Source: Sphaerodactylus townsendi
Taxonomy: Eukaryota
Assembly (NCBI RefSeq): GCF_021028975.2
Contig: NC_059435.1
Location: forward strand, 40,238,001 to 40,302,000
DNA: 64,000 nt
Direction of reading: 5' to 3'
The notes below the pieces were generated by a model. It was not told where the DNA came from. It made no database searches and saw only the letters and a program-made list of their open reading frames with translations. The position numbers and the translations under genes are program-made. Positions 1 to 11,811 of this stretch are shown here, piece by piece; the stretch's first letter is position 1, and the number at the start of each line of letters is the position of its first letter.

Positions 1-2
1 CG

Positions 3-549
3 ATGTCTTCCACGGGCGCGCTCAGCAACTACTACGTGGACTCCTTCCTCATCCACGAGAGCGAGGAGCTGGTGCAGTCCCGTTATGGCTCGGCCCCCCT
101 GGGCCAGCCGGGCCGGCCGGCGAGCCTGAGCGAGCACGCCGAGTTCACCCCCTGCAGCTTCCAGTCCAAGACGTCGGTCTTCAGCGCCTCCTGGAACGCC
201 GTGCACCCCCCGGGCGCCAGCAATGTGCCCGCCGTGTACCACCCGTACGTGCACCCCCAGGCACCCATGGCAGCGCCCGACGGCAGGTACATGCGCTCGT
301 GGCTCGAGCCCATGCCGGGCTCCCTGTCTTTCCCCGGCTTGCCCGCCAGCAGGCATTACGGCATTAAACCTGAACCGCTCACGGCCAGGAGGGGTGACTG
401 TACCACCTTTGACACTCACGCCCTCTCCCTGACTGACTTTGCTTGTGGTTCTCCTCCAGCTGATAGGGATAAGCAAGCCAACGACGGGCCGTTCTCGGAA
501 AACAATGGAGAGAGCGAGGCCAACGGAGACAAACCCCAGCTCGACCCAA
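3..549 (+). CDS. HOXA9: Homeobox protein Hox-A9, coding exon 1 (join 3..549,1664..1902; 261 aa)
   Basis: MSSTGALSNYYVDSFL N-terminus and DGRYMRSWLEP / HYGIKPEP Hox9 motifs. Donor CCAA|GTAAGT at 549/550, phase 1. Confidence 0.96.
287..459 (+). other. HOXA9: 173-nt cryptic intron within HOXA9 exon 1 (HOXA9T truncated isoform)
   Basis: GGCAG|GTACAT donor at 287 and ttctcctccAG acceptor ending at 459. Removal gives AGC-TGA and a 95-aa homeodomain-less product. The 173-nt length matches the known HOXA9T splice (from memory). Confidence 0.8.
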
Positions 550-1663
550 GTAAGTCCGGTCCACCGCCTGACGGGCGTCTGGACTTGGGGAGGCGGGTTT
601 GGCTGAGGACGGTTCGCCAGGCGGCAGGGGACGTGGGAGGGGGTGCGGAGCTGCTGGGACCCTCCAGGAACCAGAAAGCGTGTGGAAGCTCCGTGGCCTC
701 TGGGTTGTCGGAGGGGCTGGTGGTTGATGGCAGGAGCCTTCTTGAAAGGGCACCAGGTGGAATGGGGCGTGTGAACTCTCAGCAGTTCCTGGACCGCGGT
801 GCGCGTCATTGGCGTGTTCGGCTGGCTGGGTCCACGCTAGAGCTATAAAGCTAGAGAGGGAAGCGTGAGGCGGGGGAAGGGGGGGCGTCTGAATAACACA
901 AGTTTCTTTACATAGGGGTGGGGGAGAGAGAAAGAGAGGGGGGGATTCTCTCTGCCAAAACAGAACATTGGATGTGAATCTGATCTCTTTGTGACGAAAG
1001 ATTTACTTAAGGACATCTGAAAGGGAGATCTTTTTTATTTCCACTCCCTCCTCCTTACGGCCCACCTTGCGCAGAACAGCCGGGCCCAAAAAAGAAGGTC
1101 CTGCCACTCAGGTTCATAAGCAAGGCAGGGTTAGCCTTCAGTTTGGTTGGGGGGAAGGGTGTCTGTGAATGTTATTCTCTGTGATGGCGGAGAGCTTCCA
1201 GGGGTGGGTGATAAAGGAGAAGGTCAGAATGGAAAACGGAAACGTTTCCAATGCCATTCTACTCTCGCTGGTCGTCCACCAAGCTTGGGAGGGAAGGAGG
1301 GGGGAATCAGGGGCTCGGCTGGAGACAGGAAGAAAGGCCGGGTGTAAAATGACATTCTAGATAAACGCTATGAAGGAGAGAGGAGCCGGCCACTGGCCTT
1401 TTACTGCAAGCAATTCCATGTGACCTCTCCGTGGGTCTCTCTGTTTTTGGCCATTGTGTCTGACCCATCTTGTATGTCTGTCCAAATGAAAGGGACGTCG
1501 TAAACCGCCAATATCAGGGTACCTACAGGCTTCAAAAGGGAGGTGGCTGGGTGGGGGTGGGGGTGGGGGTGGGAGGCAGAGCGCGCCAAAGAGAGGCACA
1601 ATCGCAGGCTGTTTTGGAGGGACTTTCCGTCTTCTCTAACCTCTTGGCGTCCTTTCTCTGCAG

Positions 1664-1902
1664 ATAACCCATCTGCGAATTGGTTGCATGCGAGATCCAC
1701 CAGGAAAAAACGCTGCCCTTACACGAAGCACCAGACGCTGGAGTTGGAAAAAGAATTCCTGTTCAACATGTATCTCACCAGAGATCGGCGGTATGAAGTG
1801 GCCCGGCTGCTGAATTTAACCGAGAGACAAGTCAAAATCTGGTTTCAGAACCGGAGGATGAAAATGAAGAAAATCAACAAGGACCGAGCAAAGGATGAAT
1901 GA
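1664..1902 (+). CDS. HOXA9: Homeobox protein Hox-A9, coding exon 2 (homeodomain)
   Basis: Acceptor cctttctctgcAG|AT. Encodes [79 protein letters not shown], the HOXA9-type C-terminus. Confidence 0.97.
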
Positions 1903-2186
1903 TGCTCGGGTGTGGGTTTATCCTGCCTCCAACAGCAAAATCTCCTTCTCCAATGCAACACAACTACACACACACACACCATCACACCAGGCGACTGTGT
2001 CCAGGCCGCACGCTGATTTTTGCCTTTGCCAATTCAGTTCTTGAATGTACCATCGCGCAGGGTTGTTGGCTGTACCCCGGTGCTATTAAGGGGGTGCCGC
2101 GATTTCCCATTGTCTGATCATAGGAAAAAAAAGGGGCATTATTAATGCGCAAAGCTGATTTGTTGGGTTGCTTAAATCTACCTGTC

Positions 2187-2238
<52 letters not shown>

Positions 2239-2240
2239 AA
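2187..2240 (+). repeat. (GAAA)n tetranucleotide microsatellite in HOXA9 3'UTR
   Basis: About 13 perfect AAGA/GAAA units. Confidence 0.95.
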
Positions 2241-2837
2241 AAGAAAAACTACCTTTTTAATGCACAACTCTTTACGGACTGTATAGGTTAGTCAAAGTAG
2301 TTAATTTTATTCGCTCTTCTTTGCGTGACAGAGAAGAGGTCTGCTCGAATACTTGAACACTGTGTTTTATCGTGGTAATGATATTTGTGACTCAATTTTT
2401 GTGCTTGGGTGCTGTACCAGACGTGATTGTGTAAGCTAGAATTCAATTTGAACTCAGGTTGTTTATTATATAAGTTGCATAGAGTATAGCTCTGTAGTGT
2501 AAGGAGTCTTTTTTTCTGTAACATTAGCCGGTTAACCTTGGATCGTGCAGGAATGAAAATTCTCTCTCCGTTTCTTTCACACACCCCACTCCCCCCAAAA
2601 AAACAAAGGAAAAAATGATCCAGGCTAGAAAAGGAATCTTGAGCTCTAGGATCCTCTGATCAAGTCATCTTAGTATGCACAGTTGATCTATATATCTATT
2701 ACTGTCTTTGTCAGTTGTATATACATAATCTATATATTAAAGATTAAACCCTTAATAATCAGATTAGCTTGAATATTGTTTTTGCACCCGTGAGCAGTTT
2801 TCAGATATCGGAGCTATACATATATGTGAAAAAGGTA

Positions 2838-2845
2838 ACTACCTA
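2838..2845 (+). promoter_or_regulatory. miR-196 8mer seed site in HOXA9 3'UTR
   Basis: ACTACCTA. A 7mer ACTACCT lies at 2248-2254 and a let-7 7mer-A1 TACCTCA at 3028-3034. Confidence 0.7.
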
Positions 2846-3085
2846 TGGTTTACGTTTTTAAGTTTAATCAAATAATTTGATTTTTATTGTAATGAAATTT
2901 AATTTTATTGATAATAAATTATATGCTCTTAAACCTACCTTTGGTTATTGTAGATTTGTATCAATTATTAAAAAAAATCCTGGAAGTTATGTTTATGTGG
3001 AAGCTACACTGTATATTTTGCAATAGTTACCTCATGGCCTACAGACCAAATAGTTGTGTCCAAATGATATTTAACTTTTTTGCTA

Positions 3086-3091
3086 AATAAA
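3086..3091 (+). terminator. HOXA9 polyadenylation signal
   Basis: AATAAA followed by U/GU-rich downstream sequence. Confidence 0.75.
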
Positions 3092-4177
3092 GTATATATT
3101 GATTCTTTTTATATTTTGTGATGTTTTGAGGTTATTAAGAAGATGCTAGTCCACCAGTACCCTGCCCAGATAGATAGGCATCTGCAGTTAGGAGTTACAA
3201 CCAAATCCTCAACATGGTTTTTCAAAGGAAAGTCCGGTTCCTTTAGGTGGGACTGACTTCCGGACAATTCTCCTGCCTTAGAGACAGATATAGGAGTGGG
3301 AAATTACTGCATAAGATTATGAGTTGCCTGCAGGGTGTTACCCCACAACATCCCATGATATTACAAACCCAAATAATAAGACCCCAAAATAGCAGGTATT
3401 TTGCAAGCTTCAAAGAGAGAGGCATGAGATAATCGGCGTCTTGCCTCCACATTAACATTTTAAAAGTGTGACGGCCGAAAAGTTCGCAAACAAAACCAAA
3501 CTGGTTCCAACAGAGGCAAACAGTCAATAGACCCAAGCCACGAGGATGAAATTTCATGCTCCTGTTCTACGCAGAAGGCGCTCCCCCAGCAAAACCGGAT
3601 CCGCTGCTTTCGCCTTCTCAATAACGGAAGCAAACAACACATTATTTTGTCGGTGGGGTTTTTTTTTTTTTTTTAAAAAATCAGATTAGGAAAGGAGGTT
3701 ATTTTCACACTCACAAAAATATTGGGAGGGAACATATTGTAAGAGCCTCGAGGATTTTTTTTTATTGGAGGGGGGTGGGGGTTTGAAGAGTTTAGCTGCA
3801 GCCGCGGAGTCATACAAAGGCTTCCTAGGCTGAGCGGAAAGTCGCCGCTGCCTCAGGCACCAGGTCTGGCGCTTAGAAGGCGGCGGCTCCCAAACCCCAA
3901 CCGGAGCAGAACTGTGCACAGGAACAAACAGAAACCCTTTTGCAGAATCAATGCCCTTTTTGAAAGCCAAAACAAGCCCGCACACTTCCCGCTAACAAGC
4001 CTTGGCTCACGGTACTGTTAGGAAAATTCGGAGCCATACACAGCCATAAAAGAAAATGACGGCTGTAACTGTTTATGGGGTGTAAAATGCTGCAGGGTGA
4101 AAGAGGAGAACTTTTCAGAATCTCAAGAACTTTGCAAAAGTCCGAATGTCCGGGCATTTCTCTGGTCTTACCCTAAT

Positions 4178-4179
<2 letters not shown>

Positions 4180-4228
<49 letters not shown>
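4180..4228 (+). repeat. (AAC)n trinucleotide microsatellite
   Basis: About 16 perfect AAC units. Confidence 0.95.
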
Positions 4229-4714
4229 GGAATTTTTCTGGTAAGATGTCTTTAATTAGCAAAAAGCAAAACGGTTATGTGGCAAAAAAAAAAAGTCTCT
4301 AATTGATGCCTGTTCCAATGGTTTGGGACGCCCTCTCTTGTTGCAGACAGTGGAGACTTCAAAGAATCAGCACTAAAAGTGCGTAATAAATGGCGGGTCT
4401 GCAAACTGTCTGGAATTCGGCCCTTAATGAGTTTACAACTGTCCAGCCACAATTAAGATTTTCTACAAAAGCCCTTTCATTTTGTTTTGTCTGGCTGTTT
4501 CAGATAAAGCGGCTGTGCGGAAATAGCTAGCTTTTATTATCCCCTTTTCCTCTTAAATGTAGGCTGTACTTTATCTGTAATGAATTTGCAGCTGGGTCCT
4601 TTTGTGTAAATGGTCCTTCGCAGCACGGCAGATCTGCAGTGGCAGATATCAAGAATGTTTGCACTTTTGAAAGATTCCAGCGTCTATTTTATTGCATGCA
4701 ATGACGAAGATAGA

Positions 4715-4728
4715 ACACCAGATGGCAC
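4715..4728 (+). promoter_or_regulatory. CTCF-like site between HOXA9 and HOXA7 (candidate C7|9 boundary)
   Basis: ACACCAGATGGCAC, 13/14 match to CCASYAGRKGGCRS, with TGCAAT upstream-motif-like sequence at 4697. Position fits the known A7|A9 CTCF site. Confidence 0.7.
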
Positions 4729-7248
4729 TGTTGTTCCATGAAAACAAGGCCTAACCCATCGTGAATCCAATAGAAAGCCTCTAAAATGTCGACTTCTAGA
4801 GGCATATGCGGATGTGAAACTGCTGGTCTAATTTTAAAACAAAGGGCAAGAGTCTTCAGTAGATGTATACGAATGCCATATCTCCTGTCTGATTCTCAAG
4901 TATGTCATTTTCTTGACATTAACTTCAGCAAAAACACAGAGATGTCTGTATCATGCTTCTTTTGAAAGGAAGCAGCTTTGATTTTTTTGAAATTAGTCTA
5001 CCCTCCGAACAAACGACCCTTGGATCTCTTGTTTGCTGTTTCATACTTGTATGCATGTAGATATGCAATGTGAAAATATGTATCTAATTTATAATTTTGT
5101 AAGATATTATAAATATCTTATTTATAAGCATTTCACATATTACGTATGATTGTTTACTGGGTTCTCATGGCCAGCCAGCAATTTTTTCTTAGCCTTATAT
5201 AAAGGCATTGTGTGCCACGGTGTGTGTAGGTATGTGTGTACATATATAGCATACGTTTTTACTGAGTATATGCAGTATAAATGTAAAATACAATGAAATA
5301 GAAATGTGTTGAGGCACAGGTTGACAAACTATCTTGCCTTTGAATACACATGCACAATAATATGAGCATCTAAATATATACGTATCCACATAATGTATCT
5401 ACATATCTCCACAAAATCTAATCACTTACATCAACCCATTTGTGACCATTTGTGAACTATTTACACTATAGTGAGGTTACTTGAGCAATTTTAAAACTGG
5501 GAATATGGAAGCCAAACATTGTTTCAGAGGACCATATTGAGGATTCCAGGAATCGTTCCTATGTTATTAAGAACCAGGTGACCCTGTTAACTGCTGGAAC
5601 AAAATTCGGGGTCAACAAAATAAAGAATACTTTGTTGGACCATTCACAACTCAGTACGCAACATACCAGTTGGAAAGATCTTGCATGGTTTTGTTTTTTT
5701 AAACTTGCTTTCCATAATGTATTCCCAAGTTAAATGTATGAATCCTGCATCCAGTCAAATCATGCTAAACAGGTCGCGCTTTTCACAGAATCAACAAAGA
5801 AGGCGCTGATGAAAGCGACCAGGTTGCAAAATTTAATTTGAAAATTATTTACCGGCCACTGAAATTCTTCAGCAGATGTTTGTGATGCAGTTAAGGGCTC
5901 CGTTAGTTCCCCAAGTAATTTCGCCTCTGTGGGACCTGTGTTAATTATACTATGCAGATGCTAACCGTCTGATTCGCCACAGGAAGAACATGCCTGCACA
6001 AATCCTTGCTGGAAAGCTTCCTGCTATTTATTCACGATTCCCCTCATCAGCAAATAATAACCTCGCTTTTGGGTTTGTTGACTGGGTTCATTGTTACCTA
6101 CTGTATGTGTCTAATTGCATCCCGAAGGTAGATGAAGAGAGGTGATGTTTGCTAGAAATCGGATATTTAAAGGGCACAAGTATGAATGTAACAAAGAAAT
6201 ATTGAAAGATAAATGTAATAGAGAAATATTGACATATGGGGCAGGGAGAGATCACAGCATTATGCAAGGAAACCTGTCGACACAACGGACGCTCTGATAT
6301 CTTTTGAAGGCAAAATATGACAGGGTTGTTGTTGTTGTTTTTTGCAATAGGGATACAGACGGGGAAGTCCCCAAAAGATTTTCCTCCAAACGACGAGGAG
6401 CATCTATGCATGTTTAACTCACGTTGCCAATAGCAAACGGAAACCTGGTTATTTCACAATAAAGTCCTCCTGTATTTCTTGCTAGTGAACCAGTGCTTCA
6501 ATACGGTTTGGAGATGCTATCCTCACCTATTTCCTCTGGGTGGAAATGCAAAATCGAGTGTTCACGTTTTGTTGAGAAGTCCAAAATAACACAGAGGCTA
6601 AAACAGACAAATAAGACGTCAGGCAAAAGGTCTTCCAGCAGCATTTAAATCCTTTTCTGCAATTCTGGATTTTTAAAAGTCTGTTCCAAACTGTGTATAT
6701 GTGCGTGTGTGTACTAGAATAAAGCCTTCTCAATGCAATCGAACAAGCACTTCCACATTCCCGGGTCAGTCCCAGAAATCCTTACTCTGGAGCGAATCCG
6801 TTTTGGTGCCATGGATCCCTCTGGAGAAGGAAATGTCTGAAGTGCTTATTAGAGGGGAGTTCAATCGTGCATTTCCTCGGGAGCCTCCTTCGTGAAGCAG
6901 AATTTTTGTGAAATATCCTTCACTTTTCCAAGAGAGAGGTTGAGGAAAACATAATCAGGAGCAAAAAATAAAAAAATAAAAAATAATAATAGGGTTAATC
7001 AGTAGATGTGGGGACCATGGCGTGCCTCAATCCTTCGGCCTAGGAAGGCATCTGTGCTCCGTGGTGCTTTTTCTTCATCTATAAAATTCTGTCTTGCCTT
7101 ATCAATACCCAAGTCTAGACTGGTGGTTCTGTTTGCTGCTGCTTCCTTCTTGCTCCTGTGTCACCAGGAGAGCAATTTATGGGTCTAAGACCGCCTAATT
7201 CAGCCTCTTTGATCTCGCTGGCTTTGCAGGTTTTACTTCGCCTGCCTT

Positions 7249-7253
<5 letters not shown>

Positions 7254-7287
<34 letters not shown>
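7254..7287 (+). repeat. (CT)n microsatellite
   Basis: Perfect dinucleotide run. Confidence 0.9.
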
Positions 7288-7291
<4 letters not shown>

Positions 7292-8751
7292 AATTCTATC
7301 AGGATTTTTTTTAAAAAAAGAAAAAGGATTATTGGGGAGGAGGTTTCTATCACCACCACTTCGGGTGGGTTCATTCATTCCTTAGGTTTGGGTAGGAATC
7401 CTGGCCCGTTTATCAATCTCGCCAAAAGATAATCAGGAAGGTTCCCTAGATACTACCAGCTTGTTTGTCCAGAAATGGTCCTTCCGGCAGTCTTCGAGGC
7501 AGACTTTCAGCCCTTTATTGCCCTCAACACCAGACTTGATACTATATCTGGAGCACCTTTATTAATCATCCCTTGGCAAGCTGGGCTGCCCATAGCCCCC
7601 ATTGCTGTGGGTCCAAGTAGGCACCCTCACCCAGCCTCTCCAATGGGTTTCCCAAATGTACCTTCTCAAGGGTCCGTGCGAAAGATCCCCAGGGAGGGAC
7701 CATTTTAACTGGTGAGAAACTTCTTTGTACACACCGGGCACCAAACTCTATAATTTAGAAGGGAGAATTTCCGGAGGCATCCCATTGTCTTGCTTCCAGT
7801 TTATGATGTGCAATAGAGCAGGGCAGTAAAAGTTGGCTTTACCAACCTCCCCGTCTGAAGGAAGGAAACCACTTTTACGATCCGTTTAAAGGAAGGGTCG
7901 GATGCGACGCCCTCAATGGGAAAGCAGCCGTATTGTTGAGGGGGAGCTGAATTTGTAGAAATTTAGGAGTCTGAGTGGCGGCGGGGAGGGGGGGGGGAGA
8001 GAAGGGGTCTTTACCAGCACAGGGGTACTTTTCCTTAGCAGACTCCAAAAACAGATCGCCAGTCCTTTTTGAATCTAGTTTGTAAAGGTGCCAAAAATCA
8101 ATTTGTTATTTACCTACTTTAAAAAAAAATGCCGAGGTGCTGGTGGAAAAGGAGTCTTGTAGCCGGCGAGACAGAGCAAACGCGCTCAGGTTCACTAGAT
8201 GCGTCCTTACAATAATCGCAACATAAATATGTAAGCACCCTCTCAGTGCCTTCCTGGAAGGAGCCAAATCCAGCGTTCGCCCTATTTTGGGAGGGGAGTG
8301 GGGAAATCCAGTCTTTGGGGGAACTGTTGGTCATTTCGGTCCCCCCGTTTTGAGGCAGGGCGGTTTGCCACCAGAGAAGGAGCGAGCGAGGGAGCAAGAG
8401 CTGAAAAGGTTTTCCTAATGCTTCATTCATCTCGCCCAAAGAGATTAGGCGAATGCATTATGTCAGTATCTTAATAAATCTGTTAGCAAATTAGGAAACC
8501 TCCCATATAAATATTTCACTATTTCCTTTCCCTCGGGAAAAGAAAATGCACGCATGATTTACAGAATCGTTTTTGCTGCTGCCTTCAAAAATGTATCGTG
8601 CGATTTTACTTGACTGCACAAGGGCTAGAGGCTGGGGGGGGGGGTGTTTCATAATTTATTCTTCTCCCCTCCCCGCTTCCAAACAGCAAACCAAACAGGA
8701 TAACAAACAGAGTGGAATGAGCTGGAAGGTAGCGGGAGCTGCAGGCAAGGA

Positions 8752-8777
8752 GTGTGTGTGTGTGTGTGTGTGTGTGT
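8752..8777 (+). repeat. (GT)n microsatellite
   Basis: Perfect dinucleotide run. Confidence 0.9.
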
Positions 8778-9130
8778 TTCACCTGAATTGTGTAGGGGAC
8801 ATTACTGCAGACCAGGAGAGGAAAGCAGCAGAGGAACGTGTGCCCCCCCCCCCCGGGAAAAATATCAAGACACACAGAGAGAAACTGACAGCTTTCCATT
8901 TCAAAGCTCAGGGCTTCAGTGTCCCACCGGAGCCCAGCCTGACTTTGTGCTCTGGGTCTCCGGCGGTTCCTTGGCGCTGCGCGGATGGCGGCGGTCCCGC
9001 GGAAGCCCCCAAGCCAGCAGCGGCCCCCTCCGCCTGGAAATTTGTCAGGCATTCGATGTGATCCTCTTCCCCTTCCATGCCAGGATCTTGCGAGCCACCC
9101 TGATCTATACCACCTGTGATGCAGGAGGAG

Positions 9131-9292
9131 ATTGGAGGACGGGGTCATATGACTGGTCACGTGGTGGAGGCAGCTCAGTCCAAAAGAAAATGGGGTTTGG
9201 TGTAAATCTGGGGGTGTAATGTTATCATATATCACGCTACCTCGTAAAACCGACACCGAAGCCTACCGGACAACAAATCACAGGTCAAAATT
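9131..9292 (+). promoter_or_regulatory. HOXA7 proximal promoter / 5'UTR
   Basis: ATTGG (reverse CCAAT) at 9131, E-boxes CATATG at 9146 and CACGTG at 9158, TATA-like CATATAT and Cdx/posterior-Hox-type TCGTAAAA before the ATG. Confidence 0.7.
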
Positions 9293-9671
9293 ATGAGTTC
9301 TTCGTATTATGTGAACGCTCTTTTTAGCAAATATACGACGGGCGCTGCTTCCCTCTTCCAAAATGCGGAGCCCACGTCTTGCTCCTTTGCTACCAACTCC
9401 CAGAGAAGCGGCTATGGACCAGGCGCTGGCGCCTTCGCCTCCTCCATGCCCGGCTTGTACAATGTGAACAGCACCCTATATCAGAGCCCGTTCTCGTCCG
9501 GATACGGCCTGGGCTCAGATGCCTACAACCTGCATTGCTCCTCTTTTGATCAGAACATTCCGGTCCTCTGCAGTGACTTAACCAAACCCAGCTGTGAGAA
9601 AGCGGAGGAAGGCACCCTGCCCAGCCAGGCTGAGAGTAATTTCCGGATATACCCCTGGATGAGGTCTTCAG
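9293..9671 (+). CDS. HOXA7: Homeobox protein Hox-A7, coding exon 1 (join 9293..9671,10828..11120; 223 aa)
   Basis: MSSSYYVNALFSKY start and IYPWMRSS hexapeptide. Donor TCAG|GTATGG at 9671/9672. Confidence 0.96.
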
Positions 9672-9859
9672 GTATGGGGCAGGAGGGGGGGCAGACGGGG
9701 GGGGGGGTGCGCGAGCTTGCAAGCGGTCGCAGGCAGGCAGGCAGGCAGGCAGGCAGGGGGCGAATCAATGCGGAGCACGCGAAGTTGCTCGCGAGGAGCG
9801 CGCCTGCCTGGCTGCTTTTAATTAGAGCAGAGGCGCCATTGCGCGGGGAGCCTGTGGCA

Positions 9860-9930
9860 TTGTATGTAAATGAGTCTCATAAAACTTTTTATTGCCCAAT
9901 TAATGGGTTCTAGCCTCGTAAATTTATTTA
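9860..9930. promoter_or_regulatory. HOXA7 intronic homeodomain-binding cluster (HB1-like)
   Basis: AT-rich island in a GC-rich intron with GTAAAT, CATAAAA, TTTATT, AATTAAT and TCGTAAAT sites. Confidence 0.55.
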
Positions 9931-10733
9931 ACTCCGGTTTCGCGATGGCGTTGGAGCGCGGGGTTGGCTCGGTCGGTTCGACGAGGAAGGCTGGCGGAAG
10001 GTGCCGGGAGAGGACCTCATGGGGAAGGGGGGGGGGGGGGGGATGTTGCGGTGGCGGAAAAAGGAGCCCGGGTCGCGATGGGAACGCGAGAGTGAGAGGG
10101 GGCTATGAGAGGGGGGGGGGGGGGAAAAAGCTTTTTGTTCCTGGTCCGGGTTTTTTTTTTAATGCGATTTTCTTCTCTGCTTCCACCATTTCCTTTCCCC
10201 TTTCTCAATAAGATATGACCCGTTATCAACATGGAAACGAGAAAGGGGTCTGGGGGCGATGTGAACGGTCCTGGCTTGTCTAGGACTGGAAGGCAACAAG
10301 CTGCCTCAGCCGGTGGGAAGGAGAACCCCGGGGGTCTAGACACTGTTTTGTGGGCCTTCTGGGGAATCTGGGGCGGCCTGATCAGGGTCTTCCTCGCGGT
10401 CCTCCTTCCCTCTCCACCTGGCTTTGAAGAGACGTATAATTACGGGTTGCAAAGCCTGTCTTCCCACTCCCCACCCCCACCCCCACCCCCACCCGGTTTC
10501 ACTTGAGGCATTTCAGACAAGGCACGGCCGCTGTCTGCGACCTACTGAGCGGGGGATGAGGCTGGGCGCGCGCCGCCAGACCTGCCCTCCTTCCTTGTCG
10601 ACCAAAACTATGCTGCAAATGTCTGTCTCTGATCCTGGTGATCGTGGGGTCCGAACCACCTTTGTTAGGTAACGAGGGGGGGGGTTATGAAAGGTTGAGC
10701 CCTTTTCCTCCCCCCCCCCCAGCTGTTTTGTAA

Positions 10734-11120
<387 letters not shown>

Positions 11121-11519
11121 CGTGGCCCGGCTTGCCGGCGGCTAGAGAAAGTTGGCCGGCCCTGTGTGCCCGTGACTGTTGTAAACGCTCTCTCGCAAAG
11201 CCAACCAAGAGTTATCATAATCATAAAAGGAGACCCTTGTAATGGCCATTCTTAGCTCAGATGCCTTCCACTGGTCTTCCGCATCCCCAGAGCGCCCTAC
11301 ATCACGCCCTGTGTAAACTAGGAGTAACTTTTCACTAAGCAACCCGGACTGCTTTTGTCTGGGTTGCCCAGGCCTCTATTTAAAACGTTGCATTTTTTTT
11401 TAAAAAAAGAGTGTTACTGTATTTCTGACTGAAAAAAAAGTAATTGGTTACTTGCACATGTGGGGGGGGGAGGGGATCCTTTAACCCCCACACCCACAAA
11501 AGTTAACGCTTCCAAATAA

Positions 11520-11811
11520 ACTACCTGATTGTATTGGTCCCAACCAGTCCCTAAAAGGTGGGAGTGCATTAGGATCATTTGCAAACTACCTAATTTAGAC
11601 TGAAGGTTTATTTCCTTCCATTTATTGTGGGATTTATTTTCTTTTATTTTCTTTTGGGTTAAGATAACCTGGGGTTGGGAATTGAAAGGGGAGGAAAAGG
11701 AAATAACCCTTGAAAAATAATAACTGAACCACTAGACTCAACAGCAGCGACTTGTACTACCTATTCTCAAAACTACCTATTAACTAGCTCCGCCTACCTA
11801 TCGCCTACCTA
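11520..11811 (+). promoter_or_regulatory. Array of six miR-196 seed matches in HOXA7 3'UTR
   Basis: ACTACCT at 11520; ACTACCTA at 11585, 11756 and 11772; CTACCTA at 11794 and 11805. HOXA7 is an established miR-196 target. Confidence 0.85.

Noticed and set aside
550-848. ORF-track extensions beyond the donors (HOXA9 to 848, HOXA7 to 9913, HOXA6 to 18817, HOXA5 to 23408, HOXA4 to 36898, HOXA3 to 57531)
   Set aside because: These are read-through into introns. Canonical donors and in-phase second exons explain the genes.
3100-9100. HOXA8 gene or pseudogene relic between HOXA9 and HOXA7
   Set aside because: No homeobox-like or hexapeptide-like sequence seen in any listed frame. HoxA8 absence is the normal state.
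8573-9256. 150-216 aa ORFs upstream of HOXA7, and similar ones at 42.5-43.5 kb and 52.8-54.4 kb
   Set aside because: Mostly non-ATG starts, microsatellite-derived residues and GC-rich promoter/CpG-island sequence, with no coding signature.
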